60,124 nucleotides of DNA from Planctomycetota bacterium (GTDB lineage: Bacteria > Planctomycetota > UBA11346): NCBI GenBank assembly GCA_038213805.1, contig JBBQSO010000028.1, forward strand, positions 1 through 60,124, written 5' to 3'. A model generated the notes under the pieces. That model did no database searches and was not told the DNA's origin. It saw nothing but the letters and a program-made list of their open reading frames with translations. Position numbers and translations under genes: made by a program. Below are positions 8,636 through 22,151 of this stretch, piece by piece. Position 1 is the stretch's first letter. The number at the start of each line of letters is the position of its first letter.

Positions 8636-10498
8636 ATGCCCAGCGCCCATGAGGAGGAGTACGCGTCCTCGTCCGCTACGGCCCCACCGCAGCACGGTGG
8701 CGTCATCGGCGACCTGACCGGGCGCATCGCGCGCACCACGCGGGGGCGCGGCCCGGTGCGGCGGTTGTGGGCGCTGACCTGCGTCGAGCGCCGCCTGATG
8801 TGGGTCGGCGGGATCTTCCAGGCGCTGCAGGCGCTCACCTACATCCCCTTCACCGCCGGGCTCAAATACCTGGTCGACGACATCATCCCGTGGTGCCGCG
8901 AGCACCACGTGCTGTGGCCGGTCGCCGCCTACGCCGCCGGCAACCTGCTGTGGTGGCCTTTCCACGGCTGGTGCACGGTGCGTGCCTTCTCGGCCAACCA
9001 GCACCTGGTGCGCGCCAGCGTCGCGCGCCTGCGCCGCCTGGTCGTCGACCACCTGCAGCGCCTGTCGCTGGGCTTCTTCACCCGCCGCGGCGCGGGCGCG
9101 CTTTCCAACCAGCTGACCGTGGACATGGGCCGGGTCGAGAACCTGCTGCACAATGTCGTCACCAGCCTGGTGGTCAGCCTGGTGCTGAGCGGCGCCAGCG
9201 CGATCTGGCTGCTGTGCCTGAACCCGCTGCTGTTCCTGGTCGCGATCAGCCTGATCCCACCACAGATGCTGCTGATGCGCGCCATGGGCGGCAAGCTCGA
9301 CCGCCTCAACCTGCGCGCCCAGCGCAGCGGCGAAGGCTTCTCGGCGAGCATGGTCGAGTTCATCGCCGGCATGCGGCTGACCAAAAGCTTTGGCAACGAG
9401 GCGATGATCGCTGGCCGGCTCGGCGACCAGATCGAAGAGCTGCGCCGCGCCGGCGTCGAGGCGAGCGTGGCGATGCGCTGGGTGCAGATGGGCATGCAGA
9501 TGGCCAACCAGTACATGCCGGTGCTGGTGTGGTGCGTGGGCGCGGTGATGCACCTGCATGATCCCGTGGCCACGCCGCTCGGCCAGCTGGTGGTGTTCAC
9601 CGCCATGCTCGGCTTCCTGCAGTCCGGCATCGGCGCCTACACCTCGACCTTCGAGGCGTGGAAGCAGGCCAAGCCGGGCATGGCGGCGCTGTTCGCCATC
9701 CTGGATAGCGACGAGGTCGAGGGCCCGCCGCCCGCGGCGCGGGTGCAGGCGCGGCCCGCGGGCTTGATCAGCTTCGAGGACGTCACCTTCCGCTATCCCG
9801 AAGCCAACGAGCCGGCGCTGTGCGCCCTGAGCGTGACCATCGCGCAAGGCGAGCGCGTCGGTCTGGTCGGCGAGACCGGCGCGGGCAAGAGCACCTTCCT
9901 CGACCTGGTGCTGGGCTTCTACGCGCCCAGCAGCGGGCGCATCGCCTACGACGGACGCACCCTCGCCGAGCTCGGCCTGCGCCAGCTGCGCGCCGCGACC
10001 GCGATCATGGGCCAGGAGCCGTTCATCTGGAACGCCACGGTGCGCGAGAACATCCGCTTCGGCCGCCCGGATGCGAGCGACGCCGCGGTCGAGGGCGCGG
10101 CGCGCCAAGCCCAGGCCGCCGAGTTCATCGGCCGCCTCGAGGCCGGCTACGACACCGTCTGCGGCGAGCGCGGTGGCCGGCTGTCAGGCGGGCAGCGCCA
10201 GCGCATCGCGCTCGCGCGGGTGTTCCTGCGCGATCCGGCGATCGTCATCCTCGACGAGCCGACCAGCGCCCTTGATCTCGACACCGAGGCGCGCCTGCAG
10301 GCCGACCTCGACACGCTGTGCCGCGGCCGCACCACCTTCATCGTCGCGCACCGCCTTTCGACCCTGCGCGGTGTCGACCGCGTGCTGGTCTTCAGCCAGG
10401 GCCGCATCGTCGAAGACGGCAGCCCGGTGGAGCTGGAAGCGCGCCCCGATGGCCACTTCGCGCGGCTGTGGGCGCTGCAGGCGCGTCGCCCGGCCTAG
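8636..10498 (+). CDS. ABC exporter, fused permease/ATP-binding subunit
   Basis: N-terminal TM domain; Walker [28 protein letters not shown] and AHRLST. Confidence 0.93.
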   Translation: MPSAHEEEYASSSATAPPQHGGVIGDLTGRIARTTRGRGPVRRLWALTCVERRLMWVGGIFQALQALTYIPFTAGLKYLVDDIIPWCREHHVLWPVAAYAAGNLLWWPFHGWCTVRAFSANQHLVRASVARLRRLVVDHLQRLSLGFFTRRGAGALSNQLTVDMGRVENLLHNVVTSLVVSLVLSGASAIWLLCLNPLLFLVAISLIPPQMLLMRAMGGKLDRLNLRAQRSGEGFSASMVEFIAGMRLTKSFGNEAMIAGRLGDQIEELRRAGVEASVAMRWVQMGMQMANQYMPVLVWCVGAVMHLHDPVATPLGQLVVFTAMLGFLQSGIGAYTSTFEAWKQAKPGMAALFAILDSDEVEGPPPAARVQARPAGLISFEDVTFRYPEANEPALCALSVTIAQGERVGLVGETGAGKSTFLDLVLGFYAPSSGRIAYDGRTLAELGLRQLRAATAIMGQEPFIWNATVRENIRFGRPDASDAAVEGAARQAQAAEFIGRLEAGYDTVCGERGGRLSGGQRQRIALARVFLRDPAIVILDEPTSALDLDTEARLQADLDTLCRGRTTFIVAHRLSTLRGVDRVLVFSQGRIVEDGSPVELEARPDGHFARLWALQARRPA

Positions 10499-10998
10499 TT
10501 CTGCTTTTTCACCTTCTTGACCAACTCGGCCACGGTCGACTCCTCAAGCTCGGCCGGGTGGCCCTGCCAGGCGATCTTGCCGTCCGGGCCGATGAGGAAG
10601 ACGTGCGGGATGCCGGTCACGCCGTAGGCGTCGCCGATATCCGGGCCGACGCTGATCACGTAGGGGATGCCCTTGGACTTGATGAAGCCGGCGACGTCCG
10701 TGCTGCTGCCGTCGGTGTGGCCGATCACGTCCAGACCCTGGTCGTGGAACTTCTTGTACAGGCCGATCACGTGCGGCATCGAGGCCACGCACGGGCCGCA
10801 CCAGGTCGCCCAGAAGTCCAGCAGCACCACCCGGCCGCGCTCGCTGGCGAGGGTCACCTTGGTGGTGCCGGCGGGCAGATTGAAGAACTGAGTGCCGCCG
10901 AACTCCGGGGCGGCGGTGCCGATGGCGGGCTCGCTGGCGGCGTTGAGGGCGCCAGTGCACAGCACGGCGGTGAGCAGGGCGAAGGCGAGGTGGCGCAT
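10495..10998 (-). CDS. Exported TlpA-family thiol-disulfide oxidoreductase
   Basis: Signal peptide, [30 protein letters not shown]. Confidence 0.92.
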   Translation of the reverse strand: MRHLAFALLTAVLCTGALNAASEPAIGTAAPEFGGTQFFNLPAGTTKVTLASERGRVVLLDFWATWCGPCVASMPHVIGLYKKFHDQGLDVIGHTDGSSTDVAGFIKSKGIPYVISVGPDIGDAYGVTGIPHVFLIGPDGKIAWQGHPAELEESTVAELVKKVKKQN

Positions 10999-11244
10999 GG
11001 GAGGGTCCGGTCGTCAGGAGTGGATGCGGTGGTGGTCGCCCGGCGGGGTTACCACGGAGCCTAGCGTGCGGGGGCGGTCACGCCATCGCGTGCGCAGCAG
11101 GCGTGGGCACGCCAGAGGGACGCACCACGGTGCGCAAGCTGACAGCACCCGGCGTGTGTCTGCGCCGGGGCTCAGCCATCACTGGGCCCGGAGTGGAAAC
11201 CGGTGTGGCAGCGGGCAAGCGGCGCGCCATGCGGCCACCCGGGC

Positions 11245-13899
<2,655 letters not shown>

Positions 13900-14252
13900 G
13901 GGCCATTCCAAATGAAGCGCCGGATCTGCGCGTCGCATCTGCTGTCAGTATGCGGGATTGAAGAGAACTTTGCAGGCCCGGGCAAGTCGTTAGCTGCCGA
14001 CGCATATGCGAGCGGAAGCAGTGGCTCCATCCGTGGGGCCGGGCAAGCGTGGAGAGGGGATGATAACAAGACCTTCCATTCCGCAAGAAGGGAAAAATGA
14101 CGCTCTGGAACGCCCTCTACCCACGATTTGCGATGCATGCTGCAACTAGATGGCGCTCAACTGGCTAAGCCGGCGGCCTTCGACCACCCGCAGGCCTCTA
14201 CGGCGGCCGGCCCGGGCTTGCGCACAGGGGGCTTGTGTCGAGTCTCGCAGCC

Positions 14253-14933
14253 ATGCTCCCCTACAGTCCGGACACCGTCGCGGAGGCCCTCCACGCGCTG
14301 CTCGACCAGGCGGCCGCAGCGCGCGGTCGCGCGACCCTGGCCATTCCCGGTGGCCGCTCGCCGGGCCCGGTGCTGACCGCTCTGGCGGGTCTGTGCGAAC
14401 CCTTCCTGCGCGAGCGTCTCCACCTCCTGTGGCTGGACGAGCGCGCGGTGCCCCTTGGCCATCCCGACCGCAATGACGCCCCGACCCTGGCCGCTTGGCA
14501 GCTGGGCGGGCCGCTGCCGGCGCACGTCCATCCCATGCCGGCGGAGCTCGGCGATCTGGGCGGTGCGGCGATCGCGTACGCCCAGACCCTGCACACGGTC
14601 ACCGCCGGGCGCGGCCTCGACGCCTGCCTGGTCGGGATCGGCGAGGACGGGCACCTCGCCAGCCTGTTCCCGAACCACGCGGGGCTGAGCGAGCTGGCCG
14701 AGGTCTTCGCGATCTACGACAGCCCCAAGCCGCCGCTGTGCCGGTTGACCATGTCGCTGCCAGTGTTGCACCGCGCCGAGCGCCTGCTGGTGCTCGCCCT
14801 TGGGCACGCCAAGGGCGTGATCGCACGGCGTGCGCGCAAGGGCGCGGATCCCGCCGTGCCGGTCAGCATGCTGCCGCCGGCGCGCACGGTGTGGTACGGC
14901 GACGATGCGGCGGTGGCCGCGCTGTCGGCGTGA
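14253..14933 (+). CDS. pgl: 6-phosphogluconolactonase
   Basis: PGGRSP, DERAVP, GIGEDGHLASLFP and DSPKPP..RLTMSLP motifs. Confidence 0.9.
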   Translation: MLPYSPDTVAEALHALLDQAAAARGRATLAIPGGRSPGPVLTALAGLCEPFLRERLHLLWLDERAVPLGHPDRNDAPTLAAWQLGGPLPAHVHPMPAELGDLGGAAIAYAQTLHTVTAGRGLDACLVGIGEDGHLASLFPNHAGLSELAEVFAIYDSPKPPLCRLTMSLPVLHRAERLLVLALGHAKGVIARRARKGADPAVPVSMLPPARTVWYGDDAAVAALSA

Positions 14934-15001
14934 CCGCGCACCTGCCGCAGGCCCCGTCCAGCACCCATTCCCCCTGCCCTCCTCCCCGCTAGAACCCCGC
15001 C

Positions 15002-15247
15002 ATGCCCACCCATATCCAGATCCGGCTCATCTCCCTGCTCGAGGAGGCGGCGAACAGCTTCGAACAGCTCGAGACCCTGGCGAACCGCACCCTGCGCCAG
15101 ATCCCGGCCGAACACGTGGAGGAGGTCGAGGTGCGTTCGATCGAGCGCGATTACCTCAATGACGAGAACGAGCCCGGCAGCGAGATGGATCACGTGGTGT
15201 TCATCCGCTATCGCACGGACAAGGTCGAGGACGAGGCCGCGGAATAG
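15002..15247 (+). CDS. Small acidic hypothetical protein
   Basis: 81-aa ORF with host-like codon usage filling the gap after pgl; no family recognised. Confidence 0.7.
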   Translation: MPTHIQIRLISLLEEAANSFEQLETLANRTLRQIPAEHVEEVEVRSIERDYLNDENEPGSEMDHVVFIRYRTDKVEDEAAE

Positions 15248-15406
15248 CCAACCGTCAGGACAGGCGTGCGGGGTGCGGTTGAGCGCAAACGCGAGCGCAG
15301 CGCGGCCTGGGACTGCAGGAGGCTGTCCTCTCGCACTTCGCACTTCCAACCCAGCCGAGCCCCCAGCCCTGGACTCGCCCGGTTCCCAGGCGAGGCTGGT
15401 AGCCAC

Positions 15407-16411
15407 ATGAACGAACTGTATTCCCTGCACCGCCTCGCGCTTCCCGCCAACGCCGGCCCGTTGTTCGAGGCGCTGAGCGCCGCGTTGTCCGGACTCAGCC
15501 GTCGCCAAGCGCGTGAGACGGTCAGTGCCGGGCTGGTGAAGGTCGATGGGCTGACCGTGCTCGAGCCCAAGCACGCCCTGCCCGATCACAAGGTGCGCAT
15601 CGAAATCGACCTGCGCCACGGCATCAAGGCGCCGCTGCGCGCACGCATCCACGCCGAAGTCGCGCCCAGCGTCAAGCCGTTCACCATTCTGCACCAGGAC
15701 AGCAGCCTGATCGTGCTGAACAAGGCCTCGGGCATCGTCTCGGCGCCGACCCACAAGCCCGGCTCGCGCGCGCTCGGCGCGGTCGAACGCGGCCACGTGC
15801 CCGAACTGCTGCGTCGCGCCTTCCGCAAGCAGGGCCGCGACCTCAAGTTCATCGGCGTGGTGCACCGCCTCGACAAGGACACCAGCGGCTGCCTGTGCTT
15901 CGCCCTGACGCGCGATGCGCAGCGCCTGCTCTCGATCCAGTTCTCGTCGCACGCTGCGGCGCGCACCTATCGCTGCTACACCAAGCGCAGCCCGCGCGAG
16001 GACGCCGACACCATCCGCGCCGCGCTCGGCCACGGCGAGGACGGCAAGCGCGCGGTGGTCGACGATGACGAGCCGGGCAAGGAATCGGTCACCCACTTCA
16101 AGGTGCTGCGCCGCTTCGCCCAGGCCGGCATCGACCGCGGCGCCGAGCTCGAGGTCGACCTTGAGACCGGTCGCACCCACCAGATCCGCGTCACCCTCGG
16201 CTCGATCGGCTGCCCGGTCTATGGCGACCGCGTCTACGGCGAGCGCATGCGCACGCGCCTTGACGAGGAAGCCAAGCCGCCGCCCAAGGCGCCGCGCCTG
16301 ATGCTGCACGCGCACCGCCTGGCGCTCGACCATCCCCTCACCGGGGAACGGCTGGTGGTGACCGCGCCGCTGCCCCCGGACTTCGTGGATTTCGCGAAGC
16401 TCTTGGGATGA
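15407..16411 (+). CDS. RluA/RluD-family pseudouridine synthase
   Basis: S4-like N-terminus, NKASG, VHRLDKDTSG, LETGRTHQIRV, GDRVYG and LMLHA motifs. Confidence 0.93.
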   Translation: MNELYSLHRLALPANAGPLFEALSAALSGLSRRQARETVSAGLVKVDGLTVLEPKHALPDHKVRIEIDLRHGIKAPLRARIHAEVAPSVKPFTILHQDSSLIVLNKASGIVSAPTHKPGSRALGAVERGHVPELLRRAFRKQGRDLKFIGVVHRLDKDTSGCLCFALTRDAQRLLSIQFSSHAAARTYRCYTKRSPREDADTIRAALGHGEDGKRAVVDDDEPGKESVTHFKVLRRFAQAGIDRGAELEVDLETGRTHQIRVTLGSIGCPVYGDRVYGERMRTRLDEEAKPPPKAPRLMLHAHRLALDHPLTGERLVVTAPLPPDFVDFAKLLG

Positions 16412-16547
16412 GCGCGTCTGGCGTCCGCGCAACGGGTCGCGGCGCGCGGCGTGGTTCCGGGACGGAAAAACCCTCAGGCAGCAGGCGCTGCGCAGGTCGC
16501 GGACTTCGGACACTGGTCACCGGACGCCGGACGCGCGGAGCGCCCAC

Positions 16548-17678
16548 ATGGCGCTGATCGGACGTGTCCGCTGGCGCGACGTGCCGTGGGGCTGGTTTGC
16601 CAGCGCGCTGCTGCTGACGGCCGTCGGCGTGGCCTTCGTGGCGAGCGCGTGCTATGCGCCGACCGAGCCGTATGGCTTGGGGCGCGAAGCGCGCATGCAG
16701 TTGGTGTGGTGGGGCGTCGCGGTGCTGGGCTGCCTGCTGGCCATGCACGTGCCGCTGTCGGGCTGGAAGCAGCTCGCCATCCCGCTGTTCGTCATCTGCA
16801 TCCTGCTTGAGCTGTTCATGATGCTGGCGGCGGGCACGCCGCTGGTGCCGCGTATCAAAGGCCAGTGCAACTGGATCGCGCTCGGTCCGCTGCGTCTGCA
16901 GCCGGTCGAGTTCATCAAGCTCGGCGCGCTGCTGATGTGCGCGCGCCTGGTCGCGGCGCAGTCCTTCGACGCGCGTCGGCTGATGCACTGCGCCGCCGCT
17001 CTCGCCATCGCCGCCCTGCCGGCGCTGCTGGTGGCGCGTGAGGATCTCGGCAGCGCCCTGGTCTTCCCCTTCATGGTGCTCGGCATCCTGGTGGTCGCCG
17101 GGATGCGCTGGTCGTACTTCGCCGCGACCATCCTGCTGATGGGCGCGTGCGTCGCCGCGGTGGTGATGGTGCTGCCCAAGGACGGGCCGAAGGCCTACCA
17201 GTACAAGCGCATCCAGGCGTGGATGCACCCCGACGACTATGCCCTCACCGAGGGTTACCAGACCATGCGCAGCATGCGCTCGATCGGTTCCGGCCAGTGG
17301 CTGGGCAAGGGCTATGGCAACGGCGACCAGAACCGCCTCGGCTGGCTGCCCGAGAAGCACACCGACCTGATCTTCGCCGTGGTCGGCGAGGAGATCGGCT
17401 TCGTCGGCTCGGGCGCGGTGCTCGGACTGTTCCTGATCTTCGCCTGGCTCGGTCTGCACGCCGCGGCCCAGGCGCGTGATCCGTGCGCGCGCAATCTGAT
17501 CACCGGCTTCGTCTGTCTGCTCATCGGCCAGGCCTCGATCAACCTCGCCGTGGCCATGGGCCTGATGCCGGTCACCGGAGTGACCCTGCCATTCTTCAGT
17601 TACGGCGGTTCGAGTCTGCTCGCCAGCTATCTCGGTCTGGGCAGCTGCTTGGCGGCGGCCTCGGCGCGTCGCGACTGA
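16548..17678 (+). CDS. rodA: SEDS-family peptidoglycan polymerase (RodA/FtsW)
   Basis: LQPVEFIK, DLGSAL, GYQ..SIGSG, LPEKHTDLIF..GEEIGF and TGVTLPFFSYGGSS motifs. Confidence 0.85.
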   Translation: MALIGRVRWRDVPWGWFASALLLTAVGVAFVASACYAPTEPYGLGREARMQLVWWGVAVLGCLLAMHVPLSGWKQLAIPLFVICILLELFMMLAAGTPLVPRIKGQCNWIALGPLRLQPVEFIKLGALLMCARLVAAQSFDARRLMHCAAALAIAALPALLVAREDLGSALVFPFMVLGILVVAGMRWSYFAATILLMGACVAAVVMVLPKDGPKAYQYKRIQAWMHPDDYALTEGYQTMRSMRSIGSGQWLGKGYGNGDQNRLGWLPEKHTDLIFAVVGEEIGFVGSGAVLGLFLIFAWLGLHAAAQARDPCARNLITGFVCLLIGQASINLAVAMGLMPVTGVTLPFFSYGGSSLLASYLGLGSCLAAASARRD

Positions 17679-17684
17679 TTCAGG

Positions 17685-18371
17685 TCAGGGTGCGGGCTTC
17701 GGCGGGATCGTCAGCACCAAGCCGACGCGCAGGTCCTCGGGGGCGAGGCCGGGGTTGGCGGCGAGGATGGACTTCCAGTATTGCGGGCTGCCGTAGAAAA
17801 CCGTGCTGATCACGGCCAGGGTGTCATCGCGCTGCACCGTGTACGTGCGCGGGCCGGCGGGTGCGGGTGCCGTGCCCGGGACGGCCGGATTCGCGGGCGC
17901 CGCCGCAACGGAGCGCGGCACGCCCGACAGCGCTGCGAAGCGCGCCGCGTCGGTGACGGTGGCGACCGTGACGGTGAGGTTCCGTCCGGGGCGGTCGACG
18001 TGCCCGCGCATGTAGCCGGTCACCGCGTCGCGGACCGCGTCCGCGCTTTCCGGCAGCGGCGCGGCGCCATCGCCGACCAGCGTCACGGTGACCGTGGCCT
18101 GAGGCCACAGCCACTCGCGGCCCATGCTGCGCTGATCGTTGTCCCATTCCGGCAGTTCGGCGATCTCTACGGCGCTGAGCCAGTGGCCGCCGAGCTGGTC
18201 ATCCAGTTGGCGTCGCGCCGCGCTGGCGATGCGGCCGCGCTGATACTCGGCGCTGTTGGCGACCACGGTGCCGTTCTCGGTGATGATCACGCCCGGCGCG
18301 TCGCGGCCGCAGCCGGCCAGGGCGAAGGCGCCGGCGGTGAGAAGGCAGCACAGGAGCAAGGTCGGACGCAT
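17685..18371 (-). CDS. LysM-domain lipoprotein
   Basis: Lipobox LAGC; C-terminal LysM (YTVQRDDTLAVIS..FYG..WKSILAANP..LRVGLVLTIP). Confidence 0.88.
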   Translation of the reverse strand: MRPTLLLCCLLTAGAFALAGCGRDAPGVIITENGTVVANSAEYQRGRIASAARRQLDDQLGGHWLSAVEIAELPEWDNDQRSMGREWLWPQATVTVTLVGDGAAPLPESADAVRDAVTGYMRGHVDRPGRNLTVTVATVTDAARFAALSGVPRSVAAAPANPAVPGTAPAPAGPRTYTVQRDDTLAVISTVFYGSPQYWKSILAANPGLAPEDLRVGLVLTIPPKPAP

Positions 18372-18449
18372 GGGGTCTCCGCGGCGCGTGGGTCGCGCAG
18401 GCTAGCCGGATCCGTGAAGATCCCGTGAAGGAGGACGATACCGAGGGAG

Positions 18450-20072
18450 TCAGCCGAAGAAGCGCGCCACCGGCATGCGCCGGCCCAGGCCGAAGGCTTT
18501 CGCCGAGACGCGCAGCGCGGGCGGCGCCTGGCGGCGCTTGAACTCGGCGATCTCGACGAGGTGGACGATGCGCGCGACGGTGGTGGGATCTTCTCCGCGC
18601 GCGCCGAGTTCCTCGGGCGACAGGCCGAGCTCGAGGTAGCCGTGCAGGATGCGGTCGAGCTGCGCATACGGCGGCAGGCTGTCCTGGTCGGTCTGGTCGG
18701 GGCGCAGTTCGGCGGAGGGCGGCTTGGTGATGCTCGCCTCGGGGATGCGCACGCCGCCGCGGTTCGCGAAGCGCGCCAGCTCCCACACCTGGGTCTTGTA
18801 CACGTCGCCAAGCGGCGCCAGGCCGCCGTTCATGTCGCCGTAGATGGTGCAGTAGCCGACCGCCAGCTCGCTCTTGTTGCCGGTGGTCAGCGCCATCGCG
18901 CCCCAGCGGTTGGCCATGGCCATGACCAGCACGCCGCGCAGGCGCGACTGCAGGTTCTCTTCGGCGACGCCGGGCGGGCGCGCACCCCAGGCCGGCGCCA
19001 GGCCGGCGAGCACGGTGTCGACCGCGTCGCCGATCGGCAGGGTGTGGTGGGCGATGCCGAGGTTGTGGCTGAGCGCGAGCGCGTCGTCGATGCTGCCCGG
19101 GCTGGAATAGGGGCCGGGCATGAGCAGGCCGATGACGTTGTCCGCCCCAAGCGCCTCGACCGCCAGGGTCGCGACCAGCGCCGAGTCGATGCCGCCCGAC
19201 AGGCCGAGCACGACCTTGCGCTGGTGGGTCTTGGCGCAGTAGTCGTGGATGCCGGTCACCAGGCCCTGCCAGAGGTCGCCCAGGTCTTCGGCCGCGGGCG
19301 GCGCGGCGATCGCGTGGTTGAGGTCGCCGACCACCACCGCCTCCTGCCAGCGCGGCGCGGTGGCGTACCAGGCGCCGTCCGGTCCGATGATGCAGCTGTC
19401 GCCATCGAAGAGCAGTTCGTCGTGGCCGCCGACCTGGTTGCAGTAGGCGACCGGCACCCTGGCGCGTCGCGCCACGGTCGCGACCAGGCGGCGGCGCAGC
19501 TGCGGCTTGCCCGCGGCATAGGGCGAGGCCGAGGCGTTGACGATCAGGTCGCAGCGCCCGGCGAGTTCGGCCACCGGGTCGCTGTGGTAGCCGATTCCGG
19601 CGAACTCCTGGCTCCAAATGTCTTCGCAGACGGTCAGCCCGACGCGCTTGCCGGCCAGGGTGATGACGCAGCTCTGGTCGCCCGGGCGGAAGTAGCGGCG
19701 TTCGTCGAAGACGTCGTACGTCGGCAGCAGGCGCTTGTGGTAGCTGGCGATGATCTGCCCGCGCGCCGTCGCCACCAGGGCATTGGCGATGGGTGGGCCG
19801 GGGGCGCCGGGATCGACCGGCTCGGCGCAGCCGATGACCGCGGGCAGCGGCAGATCGCGGGCCAGCGCGCTGACCATGCGCCACTGGCGGTCGACGAACC
19901 AGCGCCGTTCGAGCAGATCACGGGGCGGGTAGCCGCCGAGCGAGACGAGTTCGGGGCAGACCAGCAGGTCGGCACCCTGGAAGACCGCCTGGTTGGCCGC
20001 CCGGCGGATCGCCGCGGCCGCGCCGTCCAGGTCCCCGATGACGAGGTTCAGCTGGGCGAGGGCGATGCGCAT
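18450..20072 (-). CDS. nadE: Glutamine-dependent NAD+ synthetase
   Basis: Nitrilase domain (MRIALAQLN, PEL, KRLLPTYDVFDERRYF, CEDIW) plus LSGGIDS, ENLQSRLRG, TGNKSE and KPPSAEL. Confidence 0.96.
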   Translation of the reverse strand: MRIALAQLNLVIGDLDGAAAAIRRAANQAVFQGADLLVCPELVSLGGYPPRDLLERRWFVDRQWRMVSALARDLPLPAVIGCAEPVDPGAPGPPIANALVATARGQIIASYHKRLLPTYDVFDERRYFRPGDQSCVITLAGKRVGLTVCEDIWSQEFAGIGYHSDPVAELAGRCDLIVNASASPYAAGKPQLRRRLVATVARRARVPVAYCNQVGGHDELLFDGDSCIIGPDGAWYATAPRWQEAVVVGDLNHAIAAPPAAEDLGDLWQGLVTGIHDYCAKTHQRKVVLGLSGGIDSALVATLAVEALGADNVIGLLMPGPYSSPGSIDDALALSHNLGIAHHTLPIGDAVDTVLAGLAPAWGARPPGVAEENLQSRLRGVLVMAMANRWGAMALTTGNKSELAVGYCTIYGDMNGGLAPLGDVYKTQVWELARFANRGGVRIPEASITKPPSAELRPDQTDQDSLPPYAQLDRILHGYLELGLSPEELGARGEDPTTVARIVHLVEIAEFKRRQAPPALRVSAKAFGLGRRMPVARFFG

Positions 20073-20356
20073 GTCGGCATCATGGAGCGGCAGGGGGCAA
20101 GGGAAAGGCAGGAGGGCGGGAGCGGGGAAGGGCTGGCGCAGCGCATGCGATCGGCGCGCTGGGTCCAAGCCGTGAGCGATCGACGCGCCACGGTGCGGAT
20201 GCTGTCGTCACTGCATTTCCCCTCATCCCCGCCTACCGTCTTGCCCCCCAGCTTCCCTCCCCTGGAGCGAATCTCGGTAATACCCCGCACCTTCGCGCAA
20301 TAAGGTGGCGCGCGTGCGCGCGGCTGCGCCGCCCACGTCTGCCCAAGGGAACAACC

Positions 20357-21760
20357 ATGGTCGACTGCATCCGGATCATCCTGCTCTCATCACTGGTGAT
20401 GTCGTCGCTGCGGGCCGCTGAAAACTCGCCGCCACCAGCGGTGCCGTCCGCGCCGTGCCGCATCCAGATCGTCGAGAAGGGCACGACCATCCCCGTGCCG
20501 TTGGTGGAACTGCGCACCACCCACCACGAGCGCTTCGTCAGCGACAACGCCGGCGTGATCGCCTTTGACCTCCCCGAATTCATGGGGCGCGAGGTGTGGT
20601 TCGAGATCATCGGCCAGGGCTACGAGGTGCCCAAGGACGGCTTCGGCAACCGCGGCGTGCGCGTGACGCCGGAGCCCGGCCGCCGCCTTACCATCGAGGT
20701 TGAGCGCAGGATCATCGCGCGGCGCGTCGGTCGGCTGACCGGTGGCGGGCTGCTCGCCGAGAGCCAGCGCTGCGGCGAGCAGCGCGACTGGAAGGAATCG
20801 GGGATCATCGGCTGCGACAGCGTGCAGTGCGTGGCGTACCAGGGCCGGCTGCACTGGCTGTGGGGCGACAGCGGCGTGCCGCAGTACCCGCTCGGCATCT
20901 TCAACAGCACCGGCGCGACGTCACCGCTGCTCACCGCCGCGGACCTGAATCTGCCGCTGCGCGTGCCGCTGACCTACTTCCACGATGACCGGGGCCAGCC
21001 GCGCGCCATCTCGCCCCTGCCCGGCCCCGGCCCGACCTGGGTGTTCGGCATGATCACCATGAAGGACCGGACCGGCGCCGAGCGCATGGGTGGTTTCTAT
21101 TCCAAGATCAAGGGCGTGCTCGAGCCCTACGAAGCCGGCCTGACGGTGTGGAACGACGTGAAGCAGGTCTTCGAGCGCCAGCTGGTGGTGTGGGAAAAAA
21201 GCAGCGGCAAGCCCTTACCGCGCACGCGCCCGGACGGCGAGGCGGTGCACTGGCACGAGGCGCCGGACCGCGACTGGCTGCTGTTCGGCGGACCGTTCCC
21301 GTTCATGCGCTGCCCCGCGACCTTCGAGGCGTGGTCGGATCCTGCGACCTGGGAGGCGCTGACCCCACAGACGGAGGTGCCGACCGCCGACGGCGGGAAG
21401 ATCTCCCCGCACGGCGGCAGCATCGGCTGGTGGCCGTCGCGCAAGCGCTGGGTGGCGATCTTCACCCAGAAGAACGGCAAGCCGTCACTGCTCGGCGAGC
21501 TGTGGTACGCCGAGGCCGACCAGCCGACCGGGCCGTGGGGCCCGGCGGTGAAGGTGCTCAGCCACGAGAATTACACGTTCTACAATCCGCGCCTGCACAC
21601 CGAGTTCACCCCGGATGGCGGCTCGACACTCTATTTCGAGGGCTCGTATAACACCCTGTTCACCGACAACCAGGCGCCGACGCCGCGCTACGAGTACAAT
21701 CAGATCCTCTACAAGCTCGACCTCGACGATCCGGCGCTGGTGCCCGCGCACGCGCGGTGA
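20357..21760 (+). CDS. Secreted hypothetical protein, possibly beta-propeller/glycoside-hydrolase-like
   Basis: Signal-peptide-like N-terminus, Trp/Gly-rich segments (WLWGD, PTGPWG, YNP) and host codon usage. The fold is a guess. Confidence 0.7.
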   Translation: MVDCIRIILLSSLVMSSLRAAENSPPPAVPSAPCRIQIVEKGTTIPVPLVELRTTHHERFVSDNAGVIAFDLPEFMGREVWFEIIGQGYEVPKDGFGNRGVRVTPEPGRRLTIEVERRIIARRVGRLTGGGLLAESQRCGEQRDWKESGIIGCDSVQCVAYQGRLHWLWGDSGVPQYPLGIFNSTGATSPLLTAADLNLPLRVPLTYFHDDRGQPRAISPLPGPGPTWVFGMITMKDRTGAERMGGFYSKIKGVLEPYEAGLTVWNDVKQVFERQLVVWEKSSGKPLPRTRPDGEAVHWHEAPDRDWLLFGGPFPFMRCPATFEAWSDPATWEALTPQTEVPTADGGKISPHGGSIGWWPSRKRWVAIFTQKNGKPSLLGELWYAEADQPTGPWGPAVKVLSHENYTFYNPRLHTEFTPDGGSTLYFEGSYNTLFTDNQAPTPRYEYNQILYKLDLDDPALVPAHAR

Positions 21761-21761
21761 T

Positions 21762-22151
21762 TCACGGCTGCGGGTGCCAGTCGTCGCCGGGGTGACCGAT
21801 GGGTGACGAGGTGAACCACAGTGCCAGCGCGCAGCAGCTGCCGCCGTCCAGCGCCTCCTCGACGAGGTCGACGGCAAGCGGTGCGAGCAGCGGCGCGCGC
21901 TCGCGCAGGACCGCGATGGCGGCATCCCAGGCGACGGTGCGGCCGCCCTGCAGGTGCAGCACGACCTCGTCTGGCCCAGCGAGGAGGAGCTGGTCGGCGC
22001 CGGCATGCTGGACCTCGTCGCGATACGCCAGCACGAACGGGCTGCCCAGGCGGCGCACGCCGGGGAAGCGGCGGACGTCGAGGGCGATGGGCAGGAGCAG
22101 CCGGCGGGTGGCGACGGCGTGGATGGGCTGGGCGAGCGGCAGGGTGGACAT
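21762..22151 (-). CDS. Hypothetical protein
   Basis: 129-aa ORF with a GGAG RBS upstream; converges on the previous gene. Confidence 0.6.
   Translation of the reverse strand: MSTLPLAQPIHAVATRRLLLPIALDVRRFPGVRRLGSPFVLAYRDEVQHAGADQLLLAGPDEVVLHLQGGRTVAWDAAIAVLRERAPLLAPLAVDLVEEALDGGSCCALALWFTSSPIGHPGDDWHPQP

Noticed and set aside
13900..14250. Structured RNA gene in the lower-GC gap between the SNF2 gene and pgl
   Set aside because: No tRNA, tmRNA, SRP, 6S or riboswitch signature is recognisable; it is adequately explained as a divergent promoter region.
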